Numbered from the stretch's first letter, positions 28,906 to 38,987 are shown. The stretch: 64,000 nucleotides of DNA from an uncultured Psychroserpens sp. (GCF_947501425.1 NZ_CANMVN010000007.1:98197-162196), one strand, 5' to 3'. Made by a program: numbers and translations. Notes: generated from the sequence alone by a model not told the origin.

Positions 28906-30573
28906 ATGACAGATTTACAAATAGCTAAACGTATACAATTAAAGCCTATAAAAGACATTGCTGAAAAATTTGGAGTCGATCCAGATCGTATAGAAATGTA
29001 TGGAAAAGACAAAGCCAAATTACCATTATCTTGTATCAATAGGAAGAAGGCAAAGCAAAGCAATTTAATCTTAGTATCTGCTATTTCTCCCACTCCTGCT
29101 GGTGAGGGAAAAACTACTATTTCTATTGGGCTATCTGAGGCCTTAAATCAACTTCATAAAAAAACTACGGTTGTTTTAAGAGAGCCTTCTTTAGGTCCGG
29201 TTTTTGGAATCAAGGGTGGAGCAACAGGTGGTGGATATGCTCAGGTTTTACCATTAGAGGATATTAATTTACATTTTACTGGCGACTTTTCAGCTATTGA
29301 GAAAGCGCATAATCTGTTGGCTGCTATTATTGATAACAATCTTCAAAGCAAAACAAATTCATTAGGTCTTGATCCAAGAACCATTACCTGGAAACGTGTT
29401 GTTGATATGAATGACCGATCTTTAAGACGAATCATTGTGGGCTTAGGTGGTACCTCCTCAGGTATACCGAGAGAGACAGGCTTTGATATTACAGCAGCCT
29501 CAGAAATCATGGCGATTTTGTGTATTACAAAGGATTTAGGTGATCTTAAGAAACGCCTCGGAAATATCTTCATTGGCTATACATTTAATAAAAAACCTAT
29601 ATATGCCAAAGACCTAAAAGTTGCTGGTGCAATGGCGACACTATTACAACATGCTATTAAACCTAACTTAGTTCAAACCATCGAAGGTAATCCAGCTATT
29701 ATACATGGTGGACCATTCGCAAATATTGCGCAGGGAACCAATTCAGTTATTGGCACATTAATGGGTATGAGTCATTCGGAATATACCGTTACAGAAGCTG
29801 GATTTGGATTTGATCTTGGTGCTGAAAAATTCTTTGATATCAAATGTCAAAGTGCAAAGATTTCTCCAAAAGCAGTTGTACTTACCACGACTATTAGAGC
29901 GCTTAAATATCATGGTGGTGTTGATCTAAAATCGTTAGACACCCCAAATGTTGGAGCCTTAAGGCAAGGCTTACCTAATCTTGAAAAACATCTTGAAAAC
30001 ATTAAACAGTTTAATGTCACTCCTATTATTGCGATCAATAAATTTAAAACGGATAGCAAAGAAGAAATTCAACTTATTAAAGATCTGGCAAAAATCAAAA
30101 ATGTAAGAGTTGCTGTTGCTAATGTTTGGGCAAAAGGAGGTAAAGGTGCGATTGAACTTGCGCAACATGTTATTGATGTTTGTGAATCCTGTGATACAAA
30201 ATTCACTCCTTTATACGATTGGGATATGGATATTGAAACTAAGATTGAAACTATTGCTCAAAAGATTTATGGTGCCGAACATGTGGATTATAATTCCAGC
30301 GCAAAACGTCAATTAAAACAGATTAAAGCACTGGGCTTAGATAATCTACCAATATGCATTGCAAAAACTCAAAAGTCCTTATCAGATAACCCGAAGTTAT
30401 TAGGTAGGCCTAAAGATTTTATCATCACAGTTAGAGAAATTGAAATTGCCTCAGGCGCTGGATTTTTAATTCCAATTACAGGTGAGATAATGCGAATGCC
30501 TGGTTTGCCAGCTCATCCTGCTTCAGAAGGTATTGATATTAGTGACAGCGGAGACATATCAGGTTTGTTTTAA
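28906..30573 (+). CDS. fhs: Formate--tetrahydrofolate ligase
   Basis: TPAGEGKTT, LREPSLGPVFGIKGGATGGG, HGGPFANIA, MRMPGLP. Confidence 0.97.
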   Translation: MTDLQIAKRIQLKPIKDIAEKFGVDPDRIEMYGKDKAKLPLSCINRKKAKQSNLILVSAISPTPAGEGKTTISIGLSEALNQLHKKTTVVLREPSLGPVFGIKGGATGGGYAQVLPLEDINLHFTGDFSAIEKAHNLLAAIIDNNLQSKTNSLGLDPRTITWKRVVDMNDRSLRRIIVGLGGTSSGIPRETGFDITAASEIMAILCITKDLGDLKKRLGNIFIGYTFNKKPIYAKDLKVAGAMATLLQHAIKPNLVQTIEGNPAIIHGGPFANIAQGTNSVIGTLMGMSHSEYTVTEAGFGFDLGAEKFFDIKCQSAKISPKAVVLTTTIRALKYHGGVDLKSLDTPNVGALRQGLPNLEKHLENIKQFNVTPIIAINKFKTDSKEEIQLIKDLAKIKNVRVAVANVWAKGGKGAIELAQHVIDVCESCDTKFTPLYDWDMDIETKIETIAQKIYGAEHVDYNSSAKRQLKQIKALGLDNLPICIAKTQKSLSDNPKLLGRPKDFIITVREIEIASGAGFLIPITGEIMRMPGLPAHPASEGIDISDSGDISGLF

Positions 30574-31032
30574 TTATTGACGAGGCTTACTGATACCTCT
30601 ATCATACATCACAATACTACCAGCCACTGACACATTTAAACTCAATTCAGATTTGAATTTGACTAAGAAATGGCTTTTGGCAGTCGCTTTATCAGTCAAA
30701 CCATGATCTTCGGCTCCAAGCAAATATACGCATCGCCTTGGATGGTGAAATGTTTCCAAATTTTCGGCTTCGTCTGTGAGTTCCACACCAACTATACGAG
30801 CACCTTTTGGCAAATGCTTGTAGAATTCCTCAAAATTATCGTAATGAAAATAAGGCATTGATTTGACTGCATTATGGGTATCACAAGCTTGTTTTGCATA
30901 TCTATTTCCGATAGTAAAAATAAAACTAGCTCCAAGATTTTGCGCAGAGCGCCACAACACTCCTAAGTTTTCTGGCGTTTTTCCATTTTGAATTCCGATT
31001 CCGAAGAACTCATTTTCGAAGTTATCAATCAT
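30574..31032 (-). CDS. SpoU/TrmH family RNA methyltransferase (minimal SPOUT domain)
   Basis: ENLG.L.RSA, LGAEDHGL, SLNVSVAGSIVMY. Confidence 0.88.
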   Translation of the reverse strand: MIDNFENEFFGIGIQNGKTPENLGVLWRSAQNLGASFIFTIGNRYAKQACDTHNAVKSMPYFHYDNFEEFYKHLPKGARIVGVELTDEAENLETFHHPRRCVYLLGAEDHGLTDKATAKSHFLVKFKSELSLNVSVAGSIVMYDRGISKPRQ

Positions 31033-31145
31033 ACTACAAAAATATAAAACCTCGTACGTTCAGTAAAAATTAAAACACAATACGATAACCCTTTACTGAA
31101 ATTTTGTATATATATTTGATTATCAGCTATTACCAAAATCAACTT

Positions 31146-32162
31146 ATGATGCTTTCAAAATATTTCTCACTCAAGTTTTTAGGCACATGTATCCTATTTA
31201 TCGTTTTAACATCCTTCAGTAAATCTGACCTAAAAAATCCAAAAATTTCAATCATAGATCAAGAACCTGAAGAATTAGTGACTGACGGACTTTACTTTGC
31301 TGAATTTTATGATTATATCTATAGAGGTCATTTTGAGAACCTCACCATCAAACGTATGGACGTAGAGTTTTTAATGATATTTGAACAATATCTCAGAAGA
31401 TTTGGCAGACAATGTCCTAAATTTTTACCTACAAATAAAGTTGAAATAACAGAGTTGGTATGTACAGTAGAAAATGTAACCACTAATGGATTAGGTGTAG
31501 AGACCAGTAGGTATTGTGTAGAGTGGGAATGGATAGGAACAGGTATTTATGCTAAGCCAGATCTGTACTATGCCAAAAAAGAAGTTGAGAAACTTCATCA
31601 GCAAGATGGTCTTCAGGCTGCTTTTAAAATGATAGCTGATCCTAATGCCTTAGGAAATTCTGTTGATGTTATACACAAGGCCAATGGTTTAAAAAATGAT
31701 ATGGCACAAATCTTTAATCTTAATGCCTGTAATGGATCTGCAATAGAACGGTTTGAAAGTAATCTAAGACTATTTGCTCTAGGCAAACCCTCTATACGAA
31801 TGACTAAACAAAGTAAATATGCTAAAATGAAAACCTCTGGAGGACCTACAGGATTGCATAACTATAACAAACTCATAAATGACCTAGTTTCGGATCAGTC
31901 TAAAACATGGAGCTTCAACAGATATATTAGTGGAAGTATTTCTAATCTGACAATCCACTCAAAGGATAGTCAAGGTAGACCTAAAGACCTCAAAGCGAAT
32001 TATAATTACAAAGGCTTTGGTAATAGTGCCAAAGGATGGGTAAGAGTTACATTTAAAAACGGACTTCCTGATTGTATGTATTTCTTCGACTTTCCTAATA
32101 ACTGTAAAACACCTAACAGCAGTATTTTGGCGTCTTATGCGAAAGGTGATTATGCTTTGTAG
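31146..32162 (+). CDS. Hypothetical secreted protein
   Basis: Long ORF; probable start MMLSK at 31146 with a signal-peptide-like N-terminus; several Cys; no family recognised. Confidence 0.65.
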   Translation: MMLSKYFSLKFLGTCILFIVLTSFSKSDLKNPKISIIDQEPEELVTDGLYFAEFYDYIYRGHFENLTIKRMDVEFLMIFEQYLRRFGRQCPKFLPTNKVEITELVCTVENVTTNGLGVETSRYCVEWEWIGTGIYAKPDLYYAKKEVEKLHQQDGLQAAFKMIADPNALGNSVDVIHKANGLKNDMAQIFNLNACNGSAIERFESNLRLFALGKPSIRMTKQSKYAKMKTSGGPTGLHNYNKLINDLVSDQSKTWSFNRYISGSISNLTIHSKDSQGRPKDLKANYNYKGFGNSAKGWVRVTFKNGLPDCMYFFDFPNNCKTPNSSILASYAKGDYAL

Positions 32163-32183
32163 GTGTTTGTTCTGAATAAGCTT

Positions 32184-32214
32184 AAAAAAAACCAACCACG
32201 AAGTTCATGGTTGG
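32184..32214 (-). terminator. Rho-independent terminator of the lipoprotein operon
   Basis: Minus strand CCAACCATG-AACTT-CGTGGTTGG (one U-G pair) followed by T8. Confidence 0.7.
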
Positions 32215-32278
32215 CTTGCTATTAATCAAATATTGTAGGGGCAGAAAACGGGACTACTTGATTAACTATAAACTCAAT

Positions 32279-32764
32279 TTAGTTTTTCTCAAAAGTTAAC
32301 ATATCTGTACCACCATTACCTCCACTAATATCTATGAGCTCTATTCTAGTGGATGATGTAGAAACCACATCCCAGTCGTCATTTAAATCTTCAAAATTAT
32401 TGCTCTCAGGTACAGGAAAGAATATATTGAAATCAATATCATCATCACTACTACTATCATCATTGCTATTACTATCATCTGTAACAGACCAGGTGCCTGT
32501 TAGTGTATTAGAACCATTGGTAGCTACCAGTGACCCATCTGTATTGAACGAAAAATCATATCCTGCAAAGTCTGAGGTTTCATTCTGACCAGAATCGTTA
32601 AAGTTTGTGATACGCCATGTACCAGATTCAGCGGTGTTTTCAATTTGAGCTATTTCCTGACTATTATCATTTGGATTCACTACGTCATCGTCATCTGAAC
32701 AATTAAATGACATTAGTGAAAAGCTAATCATTATCAGAATTCCGAAATAAAGTCCTTTTTTCAT
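32279..32764 (-). CDS. Acidic lipoprotein, single lipocalin-like repeat
   Basis: SFN-C lipobox + SDDDD; GTW...GYDFSF..DG...GTW...DDWDV...SGGNGGTD.LTFEK. Confidence 0.75.
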   Translation of the reverse strand: MKKGLYFGILIMISFSLMSFNCSDDDDVVNPNDNSQEIAQIENTAESGTWRITNFNDSGQNETSDFAGYDFSFNTDGSLVATNGSNTLTGTWSVTDDSNSNDDSSSDDDIDFNIFFPVPESNNFEDLNDDWDVVSTSSTRIELIDISGGNGGTDMLTFEKN

Positions 32765-32792
32765 GATTTTTATGTTTTAAGTTATGTTGTTT

Positions 32793-34577
32793 TTAAAGTT
32801 TTTGCAGTGTTAAGGTATCGGTTCCTCCACCACCTCCGCTTACATCTTGAATAATTACTTCTGTGCTTGATACAGAAATCACGTCCCAATCTTCATCATT
32901 AAATTCTTCGAAAGGTAAATCGGTTCCAAAGTTTATAGCCATTTGGTTACCACCACTAAATACAGTCCAGGTTCCGTTATTGATATTATCACCATTGGTT
33001 GCAACAACAGTTCCTGCCATATCAAAGTTTAATTCATAACCACTATAAATAGCTGTCTGGTCATCAGCATCTTCAGTATAGGATGCTACAAACCAAAGCC
33101 CATCGACTAAAATTGTTGATAAGTCATCGTTCCCATTACCACCATCAAAAGGAGTTCTTTCAAAAGTTAAGAAATCTTCAGAACCGTCACCACCACTGAC
33201 ATCTTTCAATCTTATAATATCGTTGGTCACTTCCAGAACATCCCAATCATCTGCCAATTCATCTAAAGGTATAGAAGTTCCAAAGTTTAAGTTAAGACCA
33301 AGAAGTGTATCGTCACCAGAAGTTGTTGACCATAATCCATTAGTCGTTCCGTTCATATCGGTTGCTGTTGCAGTATTATCTGATGCAAAATTGAATACAT
33401 AATCGGCAAAATCAGAAGTTTCATCTGTGTCATCAAAGAAATAAGTGACATACCAATCACCATTGGTTAGGGCATTAACCAGAGCTGAGTCGTCAACACC
33501 ACCATCAGTTGAGCAATCACTCTCAAATTCTAAACGGTCATCACCTAACCTCAAATCTACTTCAACTTCACCTGGCTCCTGTTCTATTTCATGAAGATTC
33601 CATGTGTCATTAAAGTCTGGTAGACCTGTAATATCGATAGCTACTGAGATTGAGTTACCAGAACCTGAAGCTGACCAAGTCCCACTAAAATTGTTAGTTC
33701 CTTGAACTACAGCTATAGTTCCATCTGAGGCAAATGAGAATGTGTATCCTACATAATTATCTTCAAGATCATCATCATTACGTTCTAACTTGTCAACTGT
33801 CCATTCAGAACAATCAGCAAAAACAGTATCAAGGTCGCTGGTTGTACAATTATCACAATCATCGTCATCAAAATCATTATCATCATCTTCATCACAACTA
33901 TCATCAGCGGTTTCAATGGCTAGTGCCAACTCTTGAATATTGTTAATGGTTTGTGTAGAACCATCTGGATAAATCACTGTTAGAGGGAAATTTATAGTCA
34001 CTGCAACAAACTCATCTAAATCTTCAATAAAATCATGTAAGTCATTATCATTATTAATAGTAATCGTATTGATCAAGTCGTTATTTTCGTCAAATACAGA
34101 AGCTGTTATTGGATATTGAAAATCAATACACTCTATATCATCATCAATTTCATTTTCTCCAATACAGTTGGCTGTAAGCGCTGCTAATTCGGCATCAGAA
34201 TTAACTTCTACAGTTGTAAAATCAACCAGTATCACTGTTATCGGATAAGATATAACGACCGAATCTACATCATCGTCAAAAAGATCTATGATGTCTTCTA
34301 TATCCTCATAGCCATCATCGTCATTGATTTCTAAAACAATCCCATTTACAGTTACTGTTACAGGTAATTGTACTGCTAGACAATTAGCACCATCAATGAT
34401 ATTATCATAAGAGCCATCATTTAATGCTAAATTACTCATAAGTATTGCTACTTCTGAATTAGGCTCAATAGTTTCCTCTACAGGTGGATCTATAGCTAGA
34501 TCGTCTTCCGTTCTACAAGAAGTCATGGATAATAAAATACCAAGAACTAGTAGTAAGATTGGTTTTAATGTTTTCAT
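32793..34577 (-). CDS. Large Asp/Glu-rich lipoprotein with three C-terminal repeats homologous to the downstream lipoprotein
   Basis: MTS-C lipobox; N-terminal duplicated (Y)PITV/FPLTV units; Asp/Cys linker; three W-x-V...Y-x-F-x-F...G-x-W...WDV repeats. Confidence 0.8.
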   Translation of the reverse strand: MKTLKPILLLVLGILLSMTSCRTEDDLAIDPPVEETIEPNSEVAILMSNLALNDGSYDNIIDGANCLAVQLPVTVTVNGIVLEINDDDGYEDIEDIIDLFDDDVDSVVISYPITVILVDFTTVEVNSDAELAALTANCIGENEIDDDIECIDFQYPITASVFDENNDLINTITINNDNDLHDFIEDLDEFVAVTINFPLTVIYPDGSTQTINNIQELALAIETADDSCDEDDDNDFDDDDCDNCTTSDLDTVFADCSEWTVDKLERNDDDLEDNYVGYTFSFASDGTIAVVQGTNNFSGTWSASGSGNSISVAIDITGLPDFNDTWNLHEIEQEPGEVEVDLRLGDDRLEFESDCSTDGGVDDSALVNALTNGDWYVTYFFDDTDETSDFADYVFNFASDNTATATDMNGTTNGLWSTTSGDDTLLGLNLNFGTSIPLDELADDWDVLEVTNDIIRLKDVSGGDGSEDFLTFERTPFDGGNGNDDLSTILVDGLWFVASYTEDADDQTAIYSGYELNFDMAGTVVATNGDNINNGTWTVFSGGNQMAINFGTDLPFEEFNDEDWDVISVSSTEVIIQDVSGGGGGTDTLTLQKL

Positions 34578-34639
34578 AATGAATGATTTTAATTTTAAAT
34601 TCGTTTGTCAATCGGCTTTTAATAATCGCCTCTTTATCC

Positions 34640-34668
34640 TTAAAACAACTCATTAAAAAAATGTCCCA
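34640..34668 (-). promoter_or_regulatory. Putative ECF sigma promoter TGGGACA-N12-GTTGTTTTAA for the lipoprotein operon
   Basis: Both boxes and the spacer length are identical to the site at 35254-35282. Confidence 0.72.
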
Positions 34669-34725
34669 AGAAAAAATAGATTTTTTTTTATTTATCTTTC
34701 TTGTGTAAAATCAAAAACTGAATTC

Positions 34726-35250
34726 TTGCCAAAATCATTGCATCAAGATATCTGCGACAAAATTCGCTTTTCAAAACTGTATGAAAAGTATGCTCAAACC
34801 TTGAGCAATATCTTATTTTACAAGTATGGTGAGCTCTTAAACCCGTCAGATAAGGTACAAGAAGCTTTTATTAAACTATGGGAAAACTGTGCTAAAATAA
34901 AACCAGAAACTGCAAAATCTTATTTGTACACAACAGCAAATAACATGATGCTTAATGAGGTAAAACATCAAAAAGTAGTTTTAAAATACCAACAAGTAAA
35001 ACCTAAAGATTATACAAATGAGTCTCCAGAGTTTATGCTACGGAAAAAAGAATTTCTTAAACGTTTTGAAACTGTATTATCTAGTTTAAAAGAGGAAGAG
35101 AGATCTGCGTTTCTACTTAACAAGGTTGATGGTAAAACTCATAAGGAAGTTGCTGAAATTTTAAGCATTACAAAAAAAGTTGCTGAACATAGGATTTATG
35201 CAGCTTTTAATAAACTTAAAAATGAACTTGAAGAGCTAAATCGAAAATAA
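34726..35250 (+). CDS. ECF RNA polymerase sigma factor (FecI-like)
   Basis: TTG start; region 2 (VQEAFIKLW, SYLYTTANN) and region 4 (LKEEERSAFLL..GKTHKEVAEIL). Confidence 0.9.
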   Translation: MPKSLHQDICDKIRFSKLYEKYAQTLSNILFYKYGELLNPSDKVQEAFIKLWENCAKIKPETAKSYLYTTANNMMLNEVKHQKVVLKYQQVKPKDYTNESPEFMLRKKEFLKRFETVLSSLKEEERSAFLLNKVDGKTHKEVAEILSITKKVAEHRIYAAFNKLKNELEELNRK

Positions 35251-35253
35251 TTC

Positions 35254-35282
35254 TGGGACAATTATAATTTAAGTTGTTTTAA
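35254..35282 (+). promoter_or_regulatory. Putative ECF sigma promoter TGGGACA-N12-GTTGTTTTAA for fecR-TBDR
   Basis: Identical architecture to 34640-34668; ends 17 nt before the FecR ATG. Confidence 0.72.
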
Positions 35283-35299
35283 ATATATAACAGTAAGTT

Positions 35300-36202
35300 A
35301 TGAATAAAGAGCAATTAGTAAAAAAGTGGTTAAATAATGATCTTTCCGACACGGAGTCAAAGGCTTTCAATGTGTTGGAAGATGCCGACTTGTATAAAGA
35401 AATCATTGAGGAAGCTCAGCGCTTTAGTGGACATACAAATGCCAAAGTTGCATCCTTTGATGCATTGGATAATAAATTAGTATCCAAAAAAAGTACTTCT
35501 ATACACTGGATAAAAGTCATCTCTGGTTTAGCTGCTATTTTTGTTGTTGGATTTGCATTATTTACACTAATAAATAAAGACCAAATAAGCTCGTTTGATA
35601 CTGATGTAGCTCAAAATGAAACCATAACCCTACCTGACAACTCAATCGTTAACCTAAACGAGTTATCACAACTAACATACAATAGTTCTAATTGGGATGA
35701 GAACAGGTCGTTAGACCTTAATGGTGAAGCTTTTTTTGATGTAGAAAAAGGAAAACGATTCGACGTGAATACAGAATTTGGTAAAGTAAGTGTTCTGGGT
35801 ACAGAGTTTAATGTGCTATCTAGAGATAGTATCTTCAAAGTATCTTGTTATGAAGGTTTAGTACAAGTTAGATATAAAGATGATGAAATAAAACTACCAG
35901 CTGGCACAGAATTTATTGTATCATCAGGAAAAGGCTTAAAGTTAAATATTGTAATCGCTGAACCTTATTGGCTTAATAATATGAGTGTTTTTGACAATAC
36001 TTCTTTTACAGAAGTCATTGAGGAACTTCAAAAACAATACAATATTAAAGTACAATATCCATCTGATTTAGATATAAAATTCACAGGTGCTTTTGAGCAT
36101 GACAATCTAGAAAATGCTCTAAAATCTATTTCAAAACCCCTTAATTTGACCTACACAATTCAGAATACTAACGAGGTCATCATTAAGAATGGGCAAGATT
36201 AA
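35300..36202 (+). CDS. FecR family anti-sigma factor
   Basis: TM helix, TLPDNSIVNLN..S.L, LNGEAFFDVEK, VLGTEFNV; C-terminal F..VIEEL..QYNI...FTGAF domain. Confidence 0.92.
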   Translation: MNKEQLVKKWLNNDLSDTESKAFNVLEDADLYKEIIEEAQRFSGHTNAKVASFDALDNKLVSKKSTSIHWIKVISGLAAIFVVGFALFTLINKDQISSFDTDVAQNETITLPDNSIVNLNELSQLTYNSSNWDENRSLDLNGEAFFDVEKGKRFDVNTEFGKVSVLGTEFNVLSRDSIFKVSCYEGLVQVRYKDDEIKLPAGTEFIVSSGKGLKLNIVIAEPYWLNNMSVFDNTSFTEVIEELQKQYNIKVQYPSDLDIKFTGAFEHDNLENALKSISKPLNLTYTIQNTNEVIIKNGQD

Positions 36203-38693
36203 ACTCTACATATTTCTATTTCTCTGCCTGATTGTCTTATCAAAATCACAAGGACAAAATACTAAGCAGAATGTTCCAATTTTGGAAGTTTTGCAGCAAA
36301 TCAAAAAGACACATTCAATTACATTTAATTATGAGAGTAGTTTACTAAAAGGAATTACAGTTTTACCAGTATCGCAAGATTTAAGCTTATCAGCGAAGAT
36401 TAAAGATCTCGAAAAGCAAACTAATCTGATTTTTGATAAGGTCAGTAATCTGGTTTATACCATTTCAAAAGCTATACAACTATGCGGTTACATTAAAAGT
36501 TCAGACTTACAACAACCTTTAATGAGAGCAACTATAACAAGTAAGTTTGCATATACAGTGTCTGATGAGAATGGCTATTTTGAAATTGAGCTGAAGTCTC
36601 AGAATGAAGTATTGACTTTAAGACACATTGGCTTTAAAACCATTGAACGTCAAGTAAAGCATTTTAATTTAGAAGATTGTGACACAATTACAATGCTAGT
36701 TCAGGAGGAAGTTATGTCACCCGTTCTTATTGAAACTTACTTAGTTAGAGGAATTGATAAACGTCAAGATTGGACAACCTCAATCGATTACAAACGGTTT
36801 AGTCTTTTACCAGGTCTTATTGAATCTGATGTATTACAAACCGTTCAGGCATTGCCAAGTATTTTGAGTGTTGATGAAACCGTTTCTAACATTAACATTA
36901 GAGGAGGTTCTAATGATCAAAATCTAATCCTGTGGGATGATATAAAGATGTACCAAACAGGGCATTTCTTTGGTCTCATTTCAAGTTTCAATCCACAAAT
37001 GACACAAAGTGCTAATATAATTAATAATGGTTCTGATGTATCATTAACCGATGGAATCTCTGGCACAATTCATATGCAAACAGATAAGCAGATTGATTCA
37101 AAATTCAATGGTGTTTTGGGAGTTAATTTTTTAAATGCTGAATTATTTTCTAACATTCCCATTAGTGATAAGTCATCACTTCAGATTGCATCAAGAAAGT
37201 CTCTAGATAATATTGTTAGAACACCAACTTACGATGTGTATTTCGATAGGATAACCCAAGACACTGAGGCTGAAACCAATGTTTCTAATGTTACTAATTC
37301 TAACCAAAAATTTAATTTCTACGATGCGTCAATACGGTGGCTATATCAACCCTCAGAAAAAGATGTTATAAGATTAAATTTTATTCTTATTAATAATGAT
37401 TTGGGCTTCAATGAAACCGCTATTATTAATGGAACATCAAGAACGAGACGCAGTAATATCTCCCAAAACACTCTTGCGGCTGGACTTAATTATAAAAGAC
37501 AGTGGAACGACAAACTATCCTCTACAGTAAATGTTTATAATAATGAATATAAGCTTGAAGCCTTAAATGCCGATGTGTTAAATAATCAGCTACAATTACA
37601 GGAAAATATAGTTTCAGAGACGAGCATCAAATTAAATAACAGATATATTCAAAATCAATGGCGCTTCAATCTAGGATATCATTTTACAGAAACAGAAATC
37701 ATTAACTTGAACGATATTGATTTACCGCGATTTGTGAGACGAGATGAAGAAATATTGCGAGAACATGGCGTTTTTGGTCAGGCTTGGTATCAAAATCCCG
37801 ACCATAATTTTTTAATTCAAGGAGGTATTAGAGCAAATTACCTCACTAGATTTGAAAAAGTGATTATTGAACCTAGATTGAGTGTAAGACAATCGATTGG
37901 AGATCATATTGAAATTGAAGCACAAAGTGAGTTTAAACATCAAAGCACCTCACAGATTGTTAATTTCCAAAATGATTTTTTAGGAATTGAAAAAAGGCGT
38001 TGGCAACTAACAGATAACGATAGTATTCCAATCATACAAAGCAAACAAGCCTCTGTTGGTATTATGTACAGAAATAGTGGTTGGTTATTGGATGCCAAAG
38101 GCTATTACAAAATTGTTGATGGTATCACGACTCAAAGTCAAAGTTTCACTACTAAATATGAATTTGCTAAAGAAAAAGGAAGCTATAATGCCTATGGTTT
38201 TGAGTTTTTGTGTAGAAAAAAATTCGGCAATTTCAATAGTTGGTTAAGTTATTCCTACATAAATAATACTTACACTTTTGAAGCTCTTGAAGATATTGAG
38301 TTCCCAAGTAATTTTGACATTACACATTCAATAACTTTTGGAACAACCTTTAGCAACAAATCTTGGAATATCTCAGCAGGAATCAATTACAGAACAGGAC
38401 AACCTACATCGATTCCTGTAGCTGGAAATGAAATCTTTGATGATGATGTGAATTTTGATGAAGCCAATAATGAACGGTTAATGAATTATTTGAGAATTGA
38501 TGCTTCAGCCATTTATAAATTTAAAATAAGTAACACCTTCAGGTCAGAAATTGGAGCTTCAATTTGGAACCTTTCTAATAGAGATAATGCTATTAATAAT
38601 TATTACAGAGTTAATGAAAGTGATGTAGTAAACAGGTTTACACGTTTCTCTTTAGGACTAACTACTAATGCTGTTATACGAATTTACTTTTAA
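36189..38693 (+). CDS. TonB-dependent receptor/transducer with N-terminal STN-like domain
   Basis: Signal peptide, ILEVLQQIKK..ITFNY, carboxypeptidase-regulatory-like domain, plug (DVLQTVQALPSI, NIRGGSNDQN), C-terminal IRIYF. Confidence 0.88.
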   Translation: MGKIKLYIFLFLCLIVLSKSQGQNTKQNVPILEVLQQIKKTHSITFNYESSLLKGITVLPVSQDLSLSAKIKDLEKQTNLIFDKVSNLVYTISKAIQLCGYIKSSDLQQPLMRATITSKFAYTVSDENGYFEIELKSQNEVLTLRHIGFKTIERQVKHFNLEDCDTITMLVQEEVMSPVLIETYLVRGIDKRQDWTTSIDYKRFSLLPGLIESDVLQTVQALPSILSVDETVSNINIRGGSNDQNLILWDDIKMYQTGHFFGLISSFNPQMTQSANIINNGSDVSLTDGISGTIHMQTDKQIDSKFNGVLGVNFLNAELFSNIPISDKSSLQIASRKSLDNIVRTPTYDVYFDRITQDTEAETNVSNVTNSNQKFNFYDASIRWLYQPSEKDVIRLNFILINNDLGFNETAIINGTSRTRRSNISQNTLAAGLNYKRQWNDKLSSTVNVYNNEYKLEALNADVLNNQLQLQENIVSETSIKLNNRYIQNQWRFNLGYHFTETEIINLNDIDLPRFVRRDEEILREHGVFGQAWYQNPDHNFLIQGGIRANYLTRFEKVIIEPRLSVRQSIGDHIEIEAQSEFKHQSTSQIVNFQNDFLGIEKRRWQLTDNDSIPIIQSKQASVGIMYRNSGWLLDAKGYYKIVDGITTQSQSFTTKYEFAKEKGSYNAYGFEFLCRKKFGNFNSWLSYSYINNTYTFEALEDIEFPSNFDITHSITFGTTFSNKSWNISAGINYRTGQPTSIPVAGNEIFDDDVNFDEANNERLMNYLRIDASAIYKFKISNTFRSEIGASIWNLSNRDNAINNYYRVNESDVVNRFTRFSLGLTTNAVIRIYF

Positions 38694-38767
38694 ATCATTT
38701 TAGCTTTACAAAACATCTTTGATCTCCAGACAATTTAAATTAAAAATTATTATTGTCTTCAAAAGAA

Positions 38768-38793
38768 AAGCTCCTTGATTTCTCAAGGAGCTT
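38768..38793. terminator. Terminator hairpin between TBDR and tRNA-Met
   Basis: Perfect 11-bp stem AAGCTCCTTGA / TCAAGGAGCTT with a 4-nt loop, A-rich to the left and T-rich to the right. Confidence 0.8.
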
Positions 38794-38798
38794 CTTTG

Positions 38799-38871
<73 letters not shown>

Positions 38872-38882
38872 ATATTGGACTG

Positions 38883-38890
38883 CAAATATA
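38883..38890 (-). promoter_or_regulatory. -7 element (TATATTTG) for tRNA-Met
   Basis: TAnnTTTG consensus 11 nt upstream of the tRNA 5' end. Confidence 0.65.
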
Positions 38891-38922
38891 CAACCCTTTT
38901 TTAGTTCTGCAATGATAATATC

Positions 38923-38956
38923 AAAAAAATAACTCCCAACACTAAGGTGCTGAGAG
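38923..38956 (-). terminator. Terminator of the LRR gene
   Basis: Minus strand CTCTCAGCAC-CTTA-GTGTTGGGAG (with G-U pairs) followed by TTATTTTTTT. Confidence 0.6.
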
Positions 38957-38987
38957 CTACGACTTTCTAATTTAAAACTCTATATAA

